Shown: positions 9,267 to 19,549, counted from the whole stretch's first letter. The stretch: DNA of 31,879 nt, filler included, from an uncultured bacterium (GCA_964506785.1; 15 parts of 15 records of this genome joined end to end with filler, not necessarily neighbours in it), one strand, 5' to 3'. A program made the numbers and translations. Notes: generated by a model not told the origin, from the letters alone.

Positions 9267-9286
9267 GTGTCCCTTCCTCTCCGCTA
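9267..9286 (+). repeat. Degenerate displaced tRNA-Ser 3' end
   Basis: gtgtcccttcctctccgcta vs tRNA-Ser(CGA) gaatctccccctctccgcca (14/20) and tRNA-Ser(GGA) gaatccctgcctctccgcca (16/20). Confidence 0.65.
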
Positions 9287-9425
9287 CTTATTTTTACAGC
9301 AAGTATTAACACAAATTAAAATAAACTATTCGTTTAAATATCCTTGTTTTCTATAAAAAATTGCTCGGAATCACACTTTTTAGATTCTTTACAATTCTTA
9401 CGTAAACAAATTATTTTGCAAAAAG

Positions 9426-9453
9426 TTGCCTTCAGAAGATCATATGCTATACT
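9426..9453 (+). promoter_or_regulatory. Putative sigma70 promoter with extended -10
   Basis: TTGCCT-16 bp-TATACT with TGn upstream of the -10. Confidence 0.45.
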
Positions 9454-9562
9454 ATTTTGTGGAGGGCAAAAAGGGATGAGATATTCGAAATTTTTGGGTC
9501 TTTTATAGCTTTTCTGTCCCCCTTAAAAAAATAAAAAAAGGTGAAAGAAAAGCTAGTTTTAT

Positions 9563-9589
9563 AAGCAATCTTGAAAAGGTTGCTTTTTT
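9563..9589 (+). terminator. Intrinsic terminator
   Basis: aagcaatct-tgaaa-aggttgctt followed by a T-run. Confidence 0.6.
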
Positions 9590-9749
9590 ATTTTGTATTC
9601 AAAACTCGATGTCCTGCGTCTTTTAGAAAAAACACACTCCTCTTAGTTGCAATCCCTACAATACAAGAGACTGCTAATAAATTAAATGCCTTTCCGGCAT
9701 AATAACGCGTTCCGTCTACTTTACCGCGCAGCATATAAACATAATGCAT
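9588..9749 (-). pseudogene. GIY-YIG nuclease (UPF0213-like) N-terminal remnant, 53 aa
   Basis: MHYVYMLRGKVDGTRYYAGKAFNL matches the YVY-L...Y-G...NL signature; the rest lacks the conserved R..H and catalytic Glu. Below the ORF-track cutoff. Confidence 0.65.
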
Positions 9750-9881
9750 GGTTTTGGCTGTCTAATTAACCATAGCCTAAAAATGAAAATATCAGATAAG
9801 GCCAAACGATATGAAATCCGGAGAAATTAAATAACATTTAATAAGAATTGAAACTGGATAATAATGTTGGGCGAAGACCGA

Positions 9882-9901
9882 TAGCGGAGGAGATAGGACA
9901 C
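9882..9901 (-). repeat. Degenerate displaced tRNA-Ser(TGA) 3' end
   Basis: Minus strand gtgtcctatctcctccgcta vs tRNA gaatcctacctcctccgcca (16/20), keeping the isoacceptor-specific ctcctccgc. Confidence 0.75.
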
Positions 9902-10094
9902 CGTGCGGACTTCCGAGGCTATAAGAAGGGGGCCTGCCTCATCCGGAACATTTCTGAGGGAAAAGGATGAAAAACTCGTTTTTAAGACTTTTACCGAAGA
10001 AATGTTTGAGCATTGGAGCATTTGTCAATATTGTCGCTGATTCTCCAATGCTTAGCCACTTAAAAGACCCACCGCTCCAAAGTGAACTTTTAAG

Positions 10095-10149
10095 TGGCGG
10101 AGGAGGTAGGATTCGAACCCACGGTGGGTTACCCCACAACGGTTTTCAA
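10095..10149 (-). tRNA. tRNA-Ser(TGA), 5' half lost at contig end
   Basis: Minus strand T TGA AA ACCGT, long variable arm, GTGGG-TTCGAAT-CCTAC, CTCCTCC GCCA. Confidence 0.88.
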
Positions 10150-10254
10150 NNNNNNNNNNNNNNNNNNNNNNNNNNNNNNNNNNNNNNNNNNNNTTAATTA
10201 ATTAANNNNNNNNNNNNNNNNNNNNNNNNNNNNNNNNNNNNNNNNNNNNTGCCG

Positions 10255-11010
10255 GTGGTATTTTTAAGTGTAGTTCTTTTAATCGCGCAGGGCTGTTCCA
10301 CCAATTGGCCGAGTCTTCTAAAGAAGGTAAAAGCAAAATATGCCGATTTTGAAAAGAAGATTACGGATATAACTATTGTCCAGGGAATGAAGATGCTTGC
10401 CGGTGAAAGAGAGTTTTCCTCCGAGTCGAAGTTATTCAAAAAAGGAAATAGATTTCGGATGGAGGCTAAGATTCAAGCGCCCGGTATGCCGGCTTCCACG
10501 GGAGCAGTCGAGACCGTTATTATCTTTGATGGAGAGGATACCTGGATGATTGCTCCGGTTATAGGCAAGACAAAACTTTCCGATAAAGAGGAGAGACAGT
10601 ATCAAACAGAAAAGGATTGGTGGAAATTTATTCCTGATGAGGGTAAGGTTATCGGCTCCGAAAGGGCAGGGAAAAGAAATTGCTTTTTAATTGAATTTGC
10701 AGATGGGGAAGATTCCCCTTTTGACCGAATCTGGCTGGATAAAAAAAGTTTGGTTTTGGTTAAAGCCGAAGGGAAAATGCCTGAAGGGCAGACTATGCAA
10801 TGGATTAATTCTGATTTCCGGAAGATAAAAGGCGGCTGGGAACATGCCTATAAAACCGAGGTTTATGTTGACAATAACCTTTTATTTAGGACAACGGTTA
10901 AATCCCTGGATGTAAACAAAGGACTTAGTGATGACCTTTTTAACCCGGCTAAGACCCAATCCAAGGGATTGAACTTAAAAGGGATGTTAAAGAAGCTGAT
11001 GAGAAAATAA
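10255..11010 (+). CDS. LolA-fold outer-membrane lipoprotein-sorting family protein, likely lipoprotein (start may be off-contig)
   Basis: Lipobox-like IAQG-C; KGNRFRME, IIFDG, RIWLDK, VNKGLSDDLF pattern. Confidence 0.7.
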   Translation: MVFLSVVLLIAQGCSTNWPSLLKKVKAKYADFEKKITDITIVQGMKMLAGEREFSSESKLFKKGNRFRMEAKIQAPGMPASTGAVETVIIFDGEDTWMIAPVIGKTKLSDKEERQYQTEKDWWKFIPDEGKVIGSERAGKRNCFLIEFADGEDSPFDRIWLDKKSLVLVKAEGKMPEGQTMQWINSDFRKIKGGWEHAYKTEVYVDNNLLFRTTVKSLDVNKGLSDDLFNPAKTQSKGLNLKGMLKKLMRK

Positions 11011-11043
11011 GGGATCAGGTAAAAATAAATTCTATTTAAACAA

Positions 11044-12219
11044 ATGAGAAAATTTATCGTTCATGTCGATATGGATGCTTTTTTTGCCGCTATTGAACAG
11101 CGCGACAATCCTCAATATCGTAATCGGCCGGTAATTGTCGGAGCTGCTCCTGAAGGCGGCAGGGGTAGAGGTGTTGTTTCCGCCTGTTCTTATGAAGCCC
11201 GGAACTTCGGAATTTCCTCGGCTATGCCCATATCCATAGCTTACCGCAAGTGTCCGCAGGCAGTTTTTTTGCCGGTTGATATAGAGAAATACAGCCGTGT
11301 TTCTTCGGAAATTCATTCTTTATTTTATGATTTTACCCCGGAGATCGAACCGATAAGCATTGACGAAGCCTTTTTGGATATCACCGGCAGCTATCGTATT
11401 TTTGGCGCTCCGCTTAGGGTCTGCCGCTTGCTTAAATTCAGAATAAAGGAAGAAATTGGTTTGACTGCTTCTGTCGGTTTGGCCCCGATAAAAATGGCCG
11501 CCAAAATAGCTTCTGATTTAGAAAAACCGGACGGCCTGGTTGAGGTGACCGAAAAAAACTTACTTGATTTCCTCTGGCCGCTTGGTATCGAAAAAATTTG
11601 GGGATTGGGTAAAAAAAGCAAAATTGTTTTAAATAAAATGGGTATTAAAACTATTGGCGAGCTGGCCGGGACAAATTTTAAAAAGATAGAAGAGGTGTTC
11701 GGCCGGAATGGCCGGCATTTTTGGCAGCTTGCAAACGGCATCGATGAACGCCTTGTCGAAACGGATGGAGAGGTAAAATCTATCAGTAATGAACTTACCT
11801 TTGCTCAAGATACCCGGGGGCAGGAAAAAATTAAAAGCGCCCTCATTGGCCTTTGCGAAAAAGTTTCCGGGCGGCTCCGTCAGGAGGGATTAAAAGGGAA
11901 GACAATTACCTTAAAGATACGGCTTGAAGGGTTCCATACCTATACCCGCTCTAAGACCTTATCTAAAACTACCAATTTCGTTGATACTATTTACCGGATA
12001 ATAAAGGAGCTCTTTGGTAATTTTGACCTAAAGGGCAGAAAGGTTCGCCTGGTTGGGGTTAAAGTTTCTAATTTTTTGACTGGAGAGTTAAAAGAAAGTT
12101 TTTTTTCTGACGCCGGTGACGAAAAGAAGGAAAGAATCCATCAGGCGGTTGATAAAATAAAAAGAAGGTTTGGGGATATTGCTATCCACCGTGCCGGAGG
12201 AATGGACTCCGGTTTTTAA
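11044..12219 (+). CDS. dinB: DNA polymerase IV
   Basis: HVDMDAFFAAIEQRD, SYEAR, SIDEAFLD, AKIASDLEKPDG, VRLVGV. Confidence 0.96.
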   Translation: MRKFIVHVDMDAFFAAIEQRDNPQYRNRPVIVGAAPEGGRGRGVVSACSYEARNFGISSAMPISIAYRKCPQAVFLPVDIEKYSRVSSEIHSLFYDFTPEIEPISIDEAFLDITGSYRIFGAPLRVCRLLKFRIKEEIGLTASVGLAPIKMAAKIASDLEKPDGLVEVTEKNLLDFLWPLGIEKIWGLGKKSKIVLNKMGIKTIGELAGTNFKKIEEVFGRNGRHFWQLANGIDERLVETDGEVKSISNELTFAQDTRGQEKIKSALIGLCEKVSGRLRQEGLKGKTITLKIRLEGFHTYTRSKTLSKTTNFVDTIYRIIKELFGNFDLKGRKVRLVGVKVSNFLTGELKESFFSDAGDEKKERIHQAVDKIKRRFGDIAIHRAGGMDSGF

Positions 12220-12234
12220 AAAAAAGAGGGGGAG

Positions 12235-12570
12235 ATGGTTATGACACTCAAGGAGATTCTCCAACAGCACATCAAGCTGGATATTGAGGAGGAGCGCTGT
12301 ATTAGTGACGATTATGTCTGGCTGGTTTTTCCCAACAAAGAAATAGATGAATGGAACAAGGCATTTAATAATATTTTTGGTCCGGCGGTAAAAGCAGCCG
12401 GGGTTGCGCCCAACGAGAAGGACTTATCTTTGACAAAAAATTACGGCGGCATCCGCCGCAATCAAACATTATTTAAAAAGGAATTTGATGAGGCTACGGT
12501 CATCGCCATGTTTTGGCCGTGGCAGGATAATATTAGGACTACACTGAAGATGGTCCTTGTTAAAAAATAA
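12235..12570 (+). CDS. Hypothetical protein
   Basis: 111-aa ORF with strong SD, 15 nt downstream of dinB. Confidence 0.75.
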   Translation: MVMTLKEILQQHIKLDIEEERCISDDYVWLVFPNKEIDEWNKAFNNIFGPAVKAAGVAPNEKDLSLTKNYGGIRRNQTLFKKEFDEATVIAMFWPWQDNIRTTLKMVLVKK

Positions 12571-12671
12571 NNNNNNNNNNNNNNNNNNNNNNNNNNNNNN
12601 NNNNNNNNNNNNNNTTAATTAATTAANNNNNNNNNNNNNNNNNNNNNNNNNNNNNNNNNNNNNNNNNNNNA

Positions 12672-12797
12672 ATTGGCCAAGGAGCTATTATTGGAGCAAG
12701 AGCAGTGGTTACTAAAGACATCTTGCCTTTTACTGTGGTAGGTGGAAATCCGGCAAAATTTATTAAAAACATTGAAAAAGAAAATTATGTTGAATAA
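12672..12797 (+). CDS. 3' end of hexapeptide-repeat (LbH) O-acetyltransferase
   Basis: [32 protein letters not shown]...*; not in the ORF track. Confidence 0.88.
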   Translation: MGQGAIIGARAVVTKDILPFTVVGGNPAKFIKNIEKENYVE

Positions 12798-13950
12798 AGG
12801 CATTTTTTACAAGATATCCACAATTACCATTTTTCTTATCGTATCCTTTCTGCTTTTACTTCCCGTAGAGGCGGAGGTTAGCCAAGTTGGTTTTTATCCG
12901 GCTAAGGTTAAGGACATATCCGACCGGGCGTATGAGAAGGCGGTAATTGAGCTTTTAGATAACGCTCAGGAGTCAATCGTGATATCAATGTATGTATTAA
13001 GATTGGGGGATTTTGATAAACATCCAATAAACCGCTTGATGAAGGACTTAGAAGAGGCTTTGGAAAGGGGCGTCAGGGTTACTCTCTATCTCAATACAAA
13101 CCTGCGTGTAGATGGGCATTATATTACTAATATTGGAGAAGGAAAGGGGTTTGAAATTTTACGGCAAAAGGGAGCCAAAATTTATCTGACTACGCCAAGC
13201 TATAGGCTTCATGATAAAATGATTATCGTTGACCGCCGGTATGTAGTTATTGGCAGCACTAACTGGACGGTAAGTTCTTTAACCCGCAATTTTGAATCAT
13301 CGGTTTTAATAGATTCACCATTGCTGGCTGAAAAGCGCCTGGAGCGGATGAAAACGATTCATCTTAAGGGTGAGGATGTAAGGGGGCCGCCTCAGATTAG
13401 TGTAATGAAGCTATATTCGCTTCCGGAGCTGATTAAACTGCCAAAAGCACTAATGAATGAAAAAAAGTATTTTCCAAGAATGCTAAGCACTCAGGATAAC
13501 CGGGCAATGGACTTTTATTTGCTGCTTCTGGCCGAATCGGAAAGAAGGAAATCAAAGGAATTCTATATTTCCCTGGAAGATACGGCAATTAATTTAAATA
13601 TGCCTGAGGATTGGACTAAAGCTGCCTTAAGAAGGCAGGTTATAAAATCATTGAGAAAACTTAAACATAGATACGGCCTTATAGATGTTCGATTTAAATA
13701 CGCCCGGGCGGCAAAAATAAAACTGCTCGATATTCCGAATGGGGAGGCTTTTGGACTTGGCCGCCAGTTTTTTGAGCCGTCATTTCTGGCTAAACATCCC
13801 CAAAATGCCAAATTTGTTCTTTTAATCAAGGCTTATTTAAAAGAGGAAGGCAAAGATATGGCTGATTTTAGCCAGTCTGAATTATCAAGAATGTTCAAGG
13901 TCAGCCGGATGGCTATTGGAGATGGAATAAAATGCTTACGGCAACCTTAG
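12787..13950 (+). CDS. Phospholipase D-like (single HKD) protein with N-terminal signal/TM and putative C-terminal helix-turn-helix region
   Basis: HDKMIIVD...GSTNWT...NFE; hydrophobic N-terminus ending PVEA; C-terminal [23 protein letters not shown] is HTH-like. Start moved to ATG 12787, overlapping the upstream stop. Confidence 0.8.
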   Translation: MLNKGIFYKISTITIFLIVSFLLLLPVEAEVSQVGFYPAKVKDISDRAYEKAVIELLDNAQESIVISMYVLRLGDFDKHPINRLMKDLEEALERGVRVTLYLNTNLRVDGHYITNIGEGKGFEILRQKGAKIYLTTPSYRLHDKMIIVDRRYVVIGSTNWTVSSLTRNFESSVLIDSPLLAEKRLERMKTIHLKGEDVRGPPQISVMKLYSLPELIKLPKALMNEKKYFPRMLSTQDNRAMDFYLLLLAESERRKSKEFYISLEDTAINLNMPEDWTKAALRRQVIKSLRKLKHRYGLIDVRFKYARAAKIKLLDIPNGEAFGLGRQFFEPSFLAKHPQNAKFVLLIKAYLKEEGKDMADFSQSELSRMFKVSRMAIGDGIKCLRQP

Positions 13951-14779
13951 TTTTTAGCTATTCGCTGGTTATTTCGCTTTTTTTAACCCCGATTGTTAGG
14001 AGGTGGGCGGTAAAGCGGGGTATTTTAGAGCGGCCGGATCCCCGCAAGATCCAGCGAAAACAGAGGATTCCATACCTGGGGGGAGTAGCGGTTTTCTGGG
14101 CTTTTTTTGGGGGATTGGCCCTGGCGGCAGTATCTAACCGGTCCCTCTGGGTGGTTGAAAATTACCGCTTTTTAGGGGTTCTTTTTGGCGGCACGATTAT
14201 TGCTGTTTTAGGGGTTTATGACGATTGGTACGAGGCAAAAGCAAAAACTAAGCTAATTTTTCAGATTCTGGCCGCGTTTATCCTGGTTTCTTTTGGTTTT
14301 GTCATAGATAAGATAAGCACTCCCTTTGGCGGAGTCATATATTTAGGCATATTTAGCCTGCCTTTGACGATACTCTGGATTGTTGGCCTGACTAACGCCA
14401 TAAACCTTTTGGATGGCCTGGATGGCCTGGCCTCCGGGGTGGTAACCATAGTCTGCTTTGTCTTATTCCTCACCTCAGCCAAAATGGGAGGTAATCCCAA
14501 TATTCCCATTTTAACCATGGCCCTGATTGGAGCCTGCCTGGGATTTTTACCATATAATTTCTACCCGGCCAAAATCTTCTTAGGGGATACCGGCAGTCTC
14601 TTTCTTGGCTTTATTTTAGCGGCTATCACCATTGAGGGCTGGCATAAAGGCACAGCAACCATAAGTTTAATGGTTCCCTTGGCGGCTATGGCCTTACCGC
14701 TGATAGATACCAGCCTGGCGATTATCCGGCGCCTTTTAAGTCATCAAAAGGTCTTTAAACCGGATAAATCTCATATTCA
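13932..14779 (+). CDS. Undecaprenyl-phosphate GlcNAc-1-phosphate transferase (WecA/TagO, MraY-like), 3' truncated
   Basis: PYLGG, GVYDD, NAINLLDGLDGLA, YNFYPAKIFLGDTGS, PDKSHI. Confidence 0.92.
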
Positions 14780-14879
14780 NNNNNNNNNNNNNNNNNNNNN
14801 NNNNNNNNNNNNNNNNNNNNNNNTTAATTAATTAANNNNNNNNNNNNNNNNNNNNNNNNNNNNNNNNNNNNNNNNNNNN

Positions 14880-15539
14880 TTCATCTAAAAATTTCTCGCC
14901 CTTTTCTTTGTTTAAATTAGAAATCTCTATTTGAACCTCTCTTAATTCTCCTTTTAAGATTTCTTTTAAATCTGAAAGATAAAAAATCTTTTGCGAAACC
15001 CTTGAGCGTTCCTCTGATGTCTGAACCAATTTATTGACTAAAAGGCGGTTAGTCTTTCGTAGGACTACATTAGAAGAAGCCACCCCGGCCAACCCACAGA
15101 AAAGGAGAATAATTGAAGCGGCTGCTAATCGGGTAAAAAACCGGACTGATTTAGCGAATTTTACCGGGCGCGCCGTTTCCGGAAGGTTACGATTAAGGTA
15201 AGAAATACCCAGAAGAAACTTATGCGGATAAGGCTCAAGTTTTTTAAACCAGGCCAGCCGGCCGTAAACTTCTACGGGCCGGCGGCTAAAAGGCAGGTTT
15301 ATATACAAAAGAAGGTAGGCTTTTTCGGAGAGGCCGGCAACCGCCCAGCTTTCTTTCAGATTGTTCACCTCTAAACAAAGCCCGCCCCGGCTGAGGTCTT
15401 TGGTAAATCCCTGAATTAAATTGGAAAGCGGCTTTTTATTATCCGGAGAAACCAGGTAGAACTCAACCGGTAAAAGATAAGGCAGACGGATAAACTCTCT
15501 TCTTTCCTCCCCTGATTCCCGAACCATACTTCCCCTCAT
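14880..15539 (-). CDS. PilZ domain + TM helix + coiled-coil protein, 3' truncated
   Basis: ERREFIR and DLSRGG motifs, TM LAAASIILLFCGLAGVA, heptad-like tail. Confidence 0.85.
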
Positions 15540-15572
15540 CTTATCTCCTTATGGTAACAAGAATCCTCAAAA

Positions 15573-15602
15573 ATTATAGCATATTAAACAGGCAAAAAGC
15601 AA
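15573..15602 (-). promoter_or_regulatory. Putative sigma70 promoter
   Basis: TTGCTT-18 bp-TATAAT with TGn extended -10. Confidence 0.5.
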
Positions 15603-15636
15603 AAAAATCCCCAAAAAACTTAAATTTTTTTGGGGG
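15601..15636 (-). terminator. Intrinsic terminator after radical SAM gene
   Basis: ccccaaaaaa...ttttttgggg stem followed by a T-run on the minus strand. Confidence 0.55.
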
Positions 15637-15680
15637 AAATTAAAGTAAAAAACGTCTATAGTAATATCTGTCGGGCAAAC

Positions 15681-16655
15681 CTACTGAATAAATCCCTGCC
15701 GGGACAAATATTCTCCGGCAAATCTTTTCATCTCTTTTTTCCCTGGTTTATCTTGGAACCAGCCATTTTTAAGTCCCGCCTCTTTAAACCATTGTTTTCC
15801 CTTTTCGTATTCTTGATTGGTAATTGTCCGATTCAAGGGCGGAAACTGACCGGCTTTAAAAGCTGGATAGTACTGGCTCATCAAACTCACATGGATTTCG
15901 GCGGAGACCTCTTTAGATAAAAAGTCCATGATTTTTTTTGTCCCGGCTAAATCTTCGGGTAAAATCAAGTGCCTAACCAGCACCCCCCGGAAGGCAAGGT
16001 GATTTTTCAATTTGAGATTACCTGCCTGACGATACATCTCTTTTATTGCCCTCCGGGCTATTTCCCAATAACCGGAAACACCAGAATATTTTTGAGCCGC
16101 CTCTTCCTGGCTATAGCGGAAATCAGGTAAATATATATCCACTATCCCCTCAAGCAATTTTAAAATAGATACCGACTCATATCCGTTACTATTATAAACG
16201 AGCGGGATATCCAACCCTCTGCCAATGGCTAATTCTAAACCCTTTAAAATCTGCGGGAGGAAATGGGTAGGGCTGACTAAGTTAATGTTGTGACACCCGC
16301 TGTCTTTTAACTTTATCATTAATTCGGCCAGCCCTTCTGGAGAAATAGACTCTCCCTGCCCTAACTGGCTGAAAGAATAATTCTGGCAGTAAATACAGCT
16401 TAAATGACAATTGCTAAAAAAAATAGTCCCTGAGCCAGAGACCCCGGAAATAGGCGGCTCTTCGCCGAAGTGGGGCTGGCTTGAGTAAATAATCAAATCT
16501 TTGCCCGAACGGCAGAAACCTAATTGATTAAGCTCTCGATTTGCCCCGCACCTTCGGGGGCAGAGATGACAACTTCTAAGGACTTTCAGGGCTTGCTCCA
16601 CTCGTTTTTTTAGTTCTCCCGAGTGGTATAGATTGAGATAAGAAGGGTAAAACAT
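15681..16655 (-). CDS. Radical SAM protein, PflX-like
   Basis: CHLCPRRC, HFGEEPPISG, GSGTIFF, CHLSCIYCQN, HNINLVSPTH, SLMSQYYP. Confidence 0.92.
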   Translation of the reverse strand: MFYPSYLNLYHSGELKKRVEQALKVLRSCHLCPRRCGANRELNQLGFCRSGKDLIIYSSQPHFGEEPPISGVSGSGTIFFSNCHLSCIYCQNYSFSQLGQGESISPEGLAELMIKLKDSGCHNINLVSPTHFLPQILKGLELAIGRGLDIPLVYNSNGYESVSILKLLEGIVDIYLPDFRYSQEEAAQKYSGVSGYWEIARRAIKEMYRQAGNLKLKNHLAFRGVLVRHLILPEDLAGTKKIMDFLSKEVSAEIHVSLMSQYYPAFKAGQFPPLNRTITNQEYEKGKQWFKEAGLKNGWFQDKPGKKEMKRFAGEYLSRQGFIQ

Positions 16656-16682
16656 TTTCCCGCATACTGTTTCCCATTATCT

Positions 16683-16886
16683 TTAAAACACCAGAGTAAC
16701 ACTGGCCGAACCGGCTAACTCATCAATAAAACTTCCTTCGAAACTGAAGATAATATCTTCGTTAAATTGATAATCAATTCCGGCAAAGACACCCACATTT
16801 CTTTTTGATTTAGTCTTGATTGTCCTTTTTTCTGTCCCCAGGGATACTCCTCCGGCATCAAAACCCTCAATAGTACCTTCATATTT
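16683..16886 (-). CDS. 3' end of outer-membrane beta-barrel protein
   Basis: 67 aa ...KTKSKRNVGVFAGIDYQFNEDIIFSFEGSFIDELAGSASVTLVF*; amphipathic strands and terminal Phe; not in the ORF track. Confidence 0.75.
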   Translation of the reverse strand, partial: KYEGTIEGFDAGGVSLGTEKRTIKTKSKRNVGVFAGIDYQFNEDIIFSFEGSFIDELAGSASVTLVF

Positions 16887-17047
16887 ANNNNNNNNNNNNN
16901 NNNNNNNNNNNNNNNNNNNNNNNNNNNNNNNTTAATTAATTAANNNNNNNNNNNNNNNNNNNNNNNNNNNNNNNNNNNNNNNNNNNNTAACGAACAAAGT
17001 GAATGATGATACTCTGACACTATTATTTAACTGGGGAGGCAAATACG

Positions 17048-17680
17048 ATGGAAGAAAGAGAGAAGAATTACAGCCAGTTAATTCCCATGGTTGTGGAGCA
17101 GACCGGCCGGGGAGAAAGGGCCTACGACATTTTTTCCCGTCTTTTGAAAGATAGAATTGTTTTTATCGGGGTACCGATTACTGATGAGGTGTCTAATTTA
17201 ATCATTGCCCAGCTTCTTTTTTTGGAATCAGAAGGTGTCAATAAGGATATCCATCTTTATATCAATTCCCCGGGAGGGGCGGTTACCGCCGGATTAGCTA
17301 TTTATGATACCATCCAGTATATTAAACCGCAGGTTTCAACCATCTGTATGGGGCAGGCGACCAGTTTGGGGGCTTTGCTTTTAACCGCCGGAGAGAAAGG
17401 CAAACGTTACGCCCTTCCTCATGCCCGGGTAATGATTCATCAGCCCTGGGGCGGCGTTCAGGGACAGGCGGCCGATATTAGTATTCAGGCCAAAGAAATA
17501 TTAAGGCTTAAGGATGAGATAAACCAGCTTTTGGCCCGGCACACCGGACAGAAACTGGATAAAATCGTAAAAGATACCGATCGGGATTTTTTTATGACCG
17601 CTGAAGAGGCCAAGAACTATGGCTTAATTGACAGTGTGATTACCCATCGGGTAGGAATGGAAAAGAAAGGGGATAAGTAG
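17048..17680 (+). CDS. clpP: ATP-dependent Clp protease proteolytic subunit
   Basis: [43 protein letters not shown]. Confidence 0.98.
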   Translation: MEEREKNYSQLIPMVVEQTGRGERAYDIFSRLLKDRIVFIGVPITDEVSNLIIAQLLFLESEGVNKDIHLYINSPGGAVTAGLAIYDTIQYIKPQVSTICMGQATSLGALLLTAGEKGKRYALPHARVMIHQPWGGVQGQAADISIQAKEILRLKDEINQLLARHTGQKLDKIVKDTDRDFFMTAEEAKNYGLIDSVITHRVGMEKKGDK

Positions 17681-17683
17681 GAT

Positions 17684-18943
17684 ATGAAAGGAAATCAGGG
17701 GGGCAGTTTCGGTAAATATGCCAAGTGTTCTTTTTGCGGGCGGGCCGAGGGCGAAGTCGGCCGTTTGATTGCCGGGCCTAATTCTTTTATTTGCAGTGAA
17801 TGTATCGAATTATGCAATGAAATTTTGGCTAAGGAAACAAAAGATGATTTTAAACCCGCTAAGGTTGTTCCTAAACCGGTTGAAATTAAGCAGCGCCTGG
17901 ATGACTATGTAATTGGCCAGGAAAGGGCGAAGAAGAGCTTAGCCGTAGCCGTTCACCATCATTATAAGCGCATTCAGGTTGAGTCCGGAGATAAAGAGGT
18001 AGAATTAGAGAAGAGTAATATTCTTTTAATTGGTCCGACAGGTTCTGGTAAAACACTTCTTGCCCGGACTCTGGCCAAGATTTTAGATGTTCCCTTTGTT
18101 TTAACCGATGCTACTACTTTGACTGAAGCCGGCTATGTGGGGGAAGATGTCGAAAACATTCTTTTAAAACTTCTCCAGGCTTCGAATTATAATCTGGCCA
18201 GGGCCCAAAGAGGTATTATTTATATTGATGAGATTGACAAGATTGCCCGGACAACGGAAAACATTTCTATTACCAGGGATGTCTCCGGCGAGGGGGTCCA
18301 GCAGGCCCTTTTGAAAATTATCGAAGGAACAATTGCCAATGTTCCTCCTAAAGGAGGCAGAAAACATCCCCATCAGGAATTTATCCCGGTGAATACATCT
18401 AATATTCTTTTTATCTGCGGGGGAACCTTTAATGGCTTGGAAAAGATTGTTGCATCCCGCTTGAACAAGGGCAGTATAGGTTTTGGTGCCGATATAAAAC
18501 ATACGTGGGATAGAAAGACAAGCGAGATTCTTATGCAGGTTGAACCCCGAGACCTTCTTAAGTTTGGTTTAATCCCTGAGTTTATCGGCCGGCTTCCCAT
18601 TGTTGCCGTATTGCATGATTTGGAAGAAAACGATTTGATTAAAATTCTTGTCGAACCCCGGAATGCCCTGGTTAAACAGTACCAAAAGATATTTACCATG
18701 GAAAATGTGAAACTCGAGTTTACGCCGGAGGCTTTATCGGCCATTGTTACAGAAGCTGTCCGCCGGGGAACAGGGGCCCGGGCCCTCAGGTCTATCATCG
18801 AAAATTTTATGCTTGATATTATGTATGAGCTTCCCTCCTTATCTTCCCGAATCGATGAGTGTATTATCACCCCTGAGGTGATAAAGCAAAAAGGCAAGCC
18901 GATTCTCTCCGGAGATAAAGGAACACTGGAAAAATCAGCTTAG
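17684..18943 (+). CDS. clpX: ATP-dependent Clp protease ATPase subunit
   Basis: CSFC...CSEC zinc finger, [17 protein letters not shown] and IGF loops. Confidence 0.98.
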   Translation: MKGNQGGSFGKYAKCSFCGRAEGEVGRLIAGPNSFICSECIELCNEILAKETKDDFKPAKVVPKPVEIKQRLDDYVIGQERAKKSLAVAVHHHYKRIQVESGDKEVELEKSNILLIGPTGSGKTLLARTLAKILDVPFVLTDATTLTEAGYVGEDVENILLKLLQASNYNLARAQRGIIYIDEIDKIARTTENISITRDVSGEGVQQALLKIIEGTIANVPPKGGRKHPHQEFIPVNTSNILFICGGTFNGLEKIVASRLNKGSIGFGADIKHTWDRKTSEILMQVEPRDLLKFGLIPEFIGRLPIVAVLHDLEENDLIKILVEPRNALVKQYQKIFTMENVKLEFTPEALSAIVTEAVRRGTGARALRSIIENFMLDIMYELPSLSSRIDECIITPEVIKQKGKPILSGDKGTLEKSA

Positions 18944-19074
18944 ACAAATTTTAGTTTACAGTTAAGATTTTAAANNNNNNNNNNNNNNNNNNNNNNNNNN
19001 NNNNNNNNNNNNNNNNNNTTAATTAATTAANNNNNNNNNNNNNNNNNNNNNNNNNNNNNNNNNNNNNNNNNNNN

Positions 19075-19419
19075 TAATTCCGGATAATTTTCAGCGACTA
19101 AAAGCAATCTGGATAACGTATCAGTAATTTGATTGGCTGTCTGAATCTTCTGCTCGGTCGATTTTGCCTGTGCCCACTGACTCCTTAACTCGGTTATCTT
19201 GGTAAAGGTCTCTTTTTCATGAGTCATATATCCCTTTACCGTGCTAACCAAATTGGGAATAAGATCGTTTCTCCTTTGAAGTTGATTCTCTACCTGTGCC
19301 CAGGCCTGGTTCACCTTTTCATCCAAAATTACGGCCGTATTCAATCCTTGAATTAACCGGCCGGCCAAGGCTAAAATAACGATACCAACAACAATTAAGA
19401 CTATCCATATCTTTTTCAT
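19075..19419 (-). CDS. LemA family protein, 3' truncated
   Basis: AWAQVENQLQRRNDLIPNLV, VAENYPEL; SD GGAGGTG. Confidence 0.95.
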
Positions 19420-19549
19420 TCTTCACCTCCGTTTCTCATTTTGTTATTCTGTGCCTTTTCGTGAAAACTAAACTGGCAGTTTACCCCGTTCGCCAACGCA
19501 AAATTTTCTCCGGGGAAACAATTCTTCCCGGGGAAAAATCTAATGGGTA

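Noticed and set aside
9827-10197. ORFs 9827-10021, 9939-10139 and 9967-10197
   Set aside because: They overlap tRNA-Ser(TGA) and its hairpin trailer; no recognisable domains.
11011-11043. LexA/SOS box upstream of dinB
   Set aside because: No recognisable palindrome in the short intergenic region.
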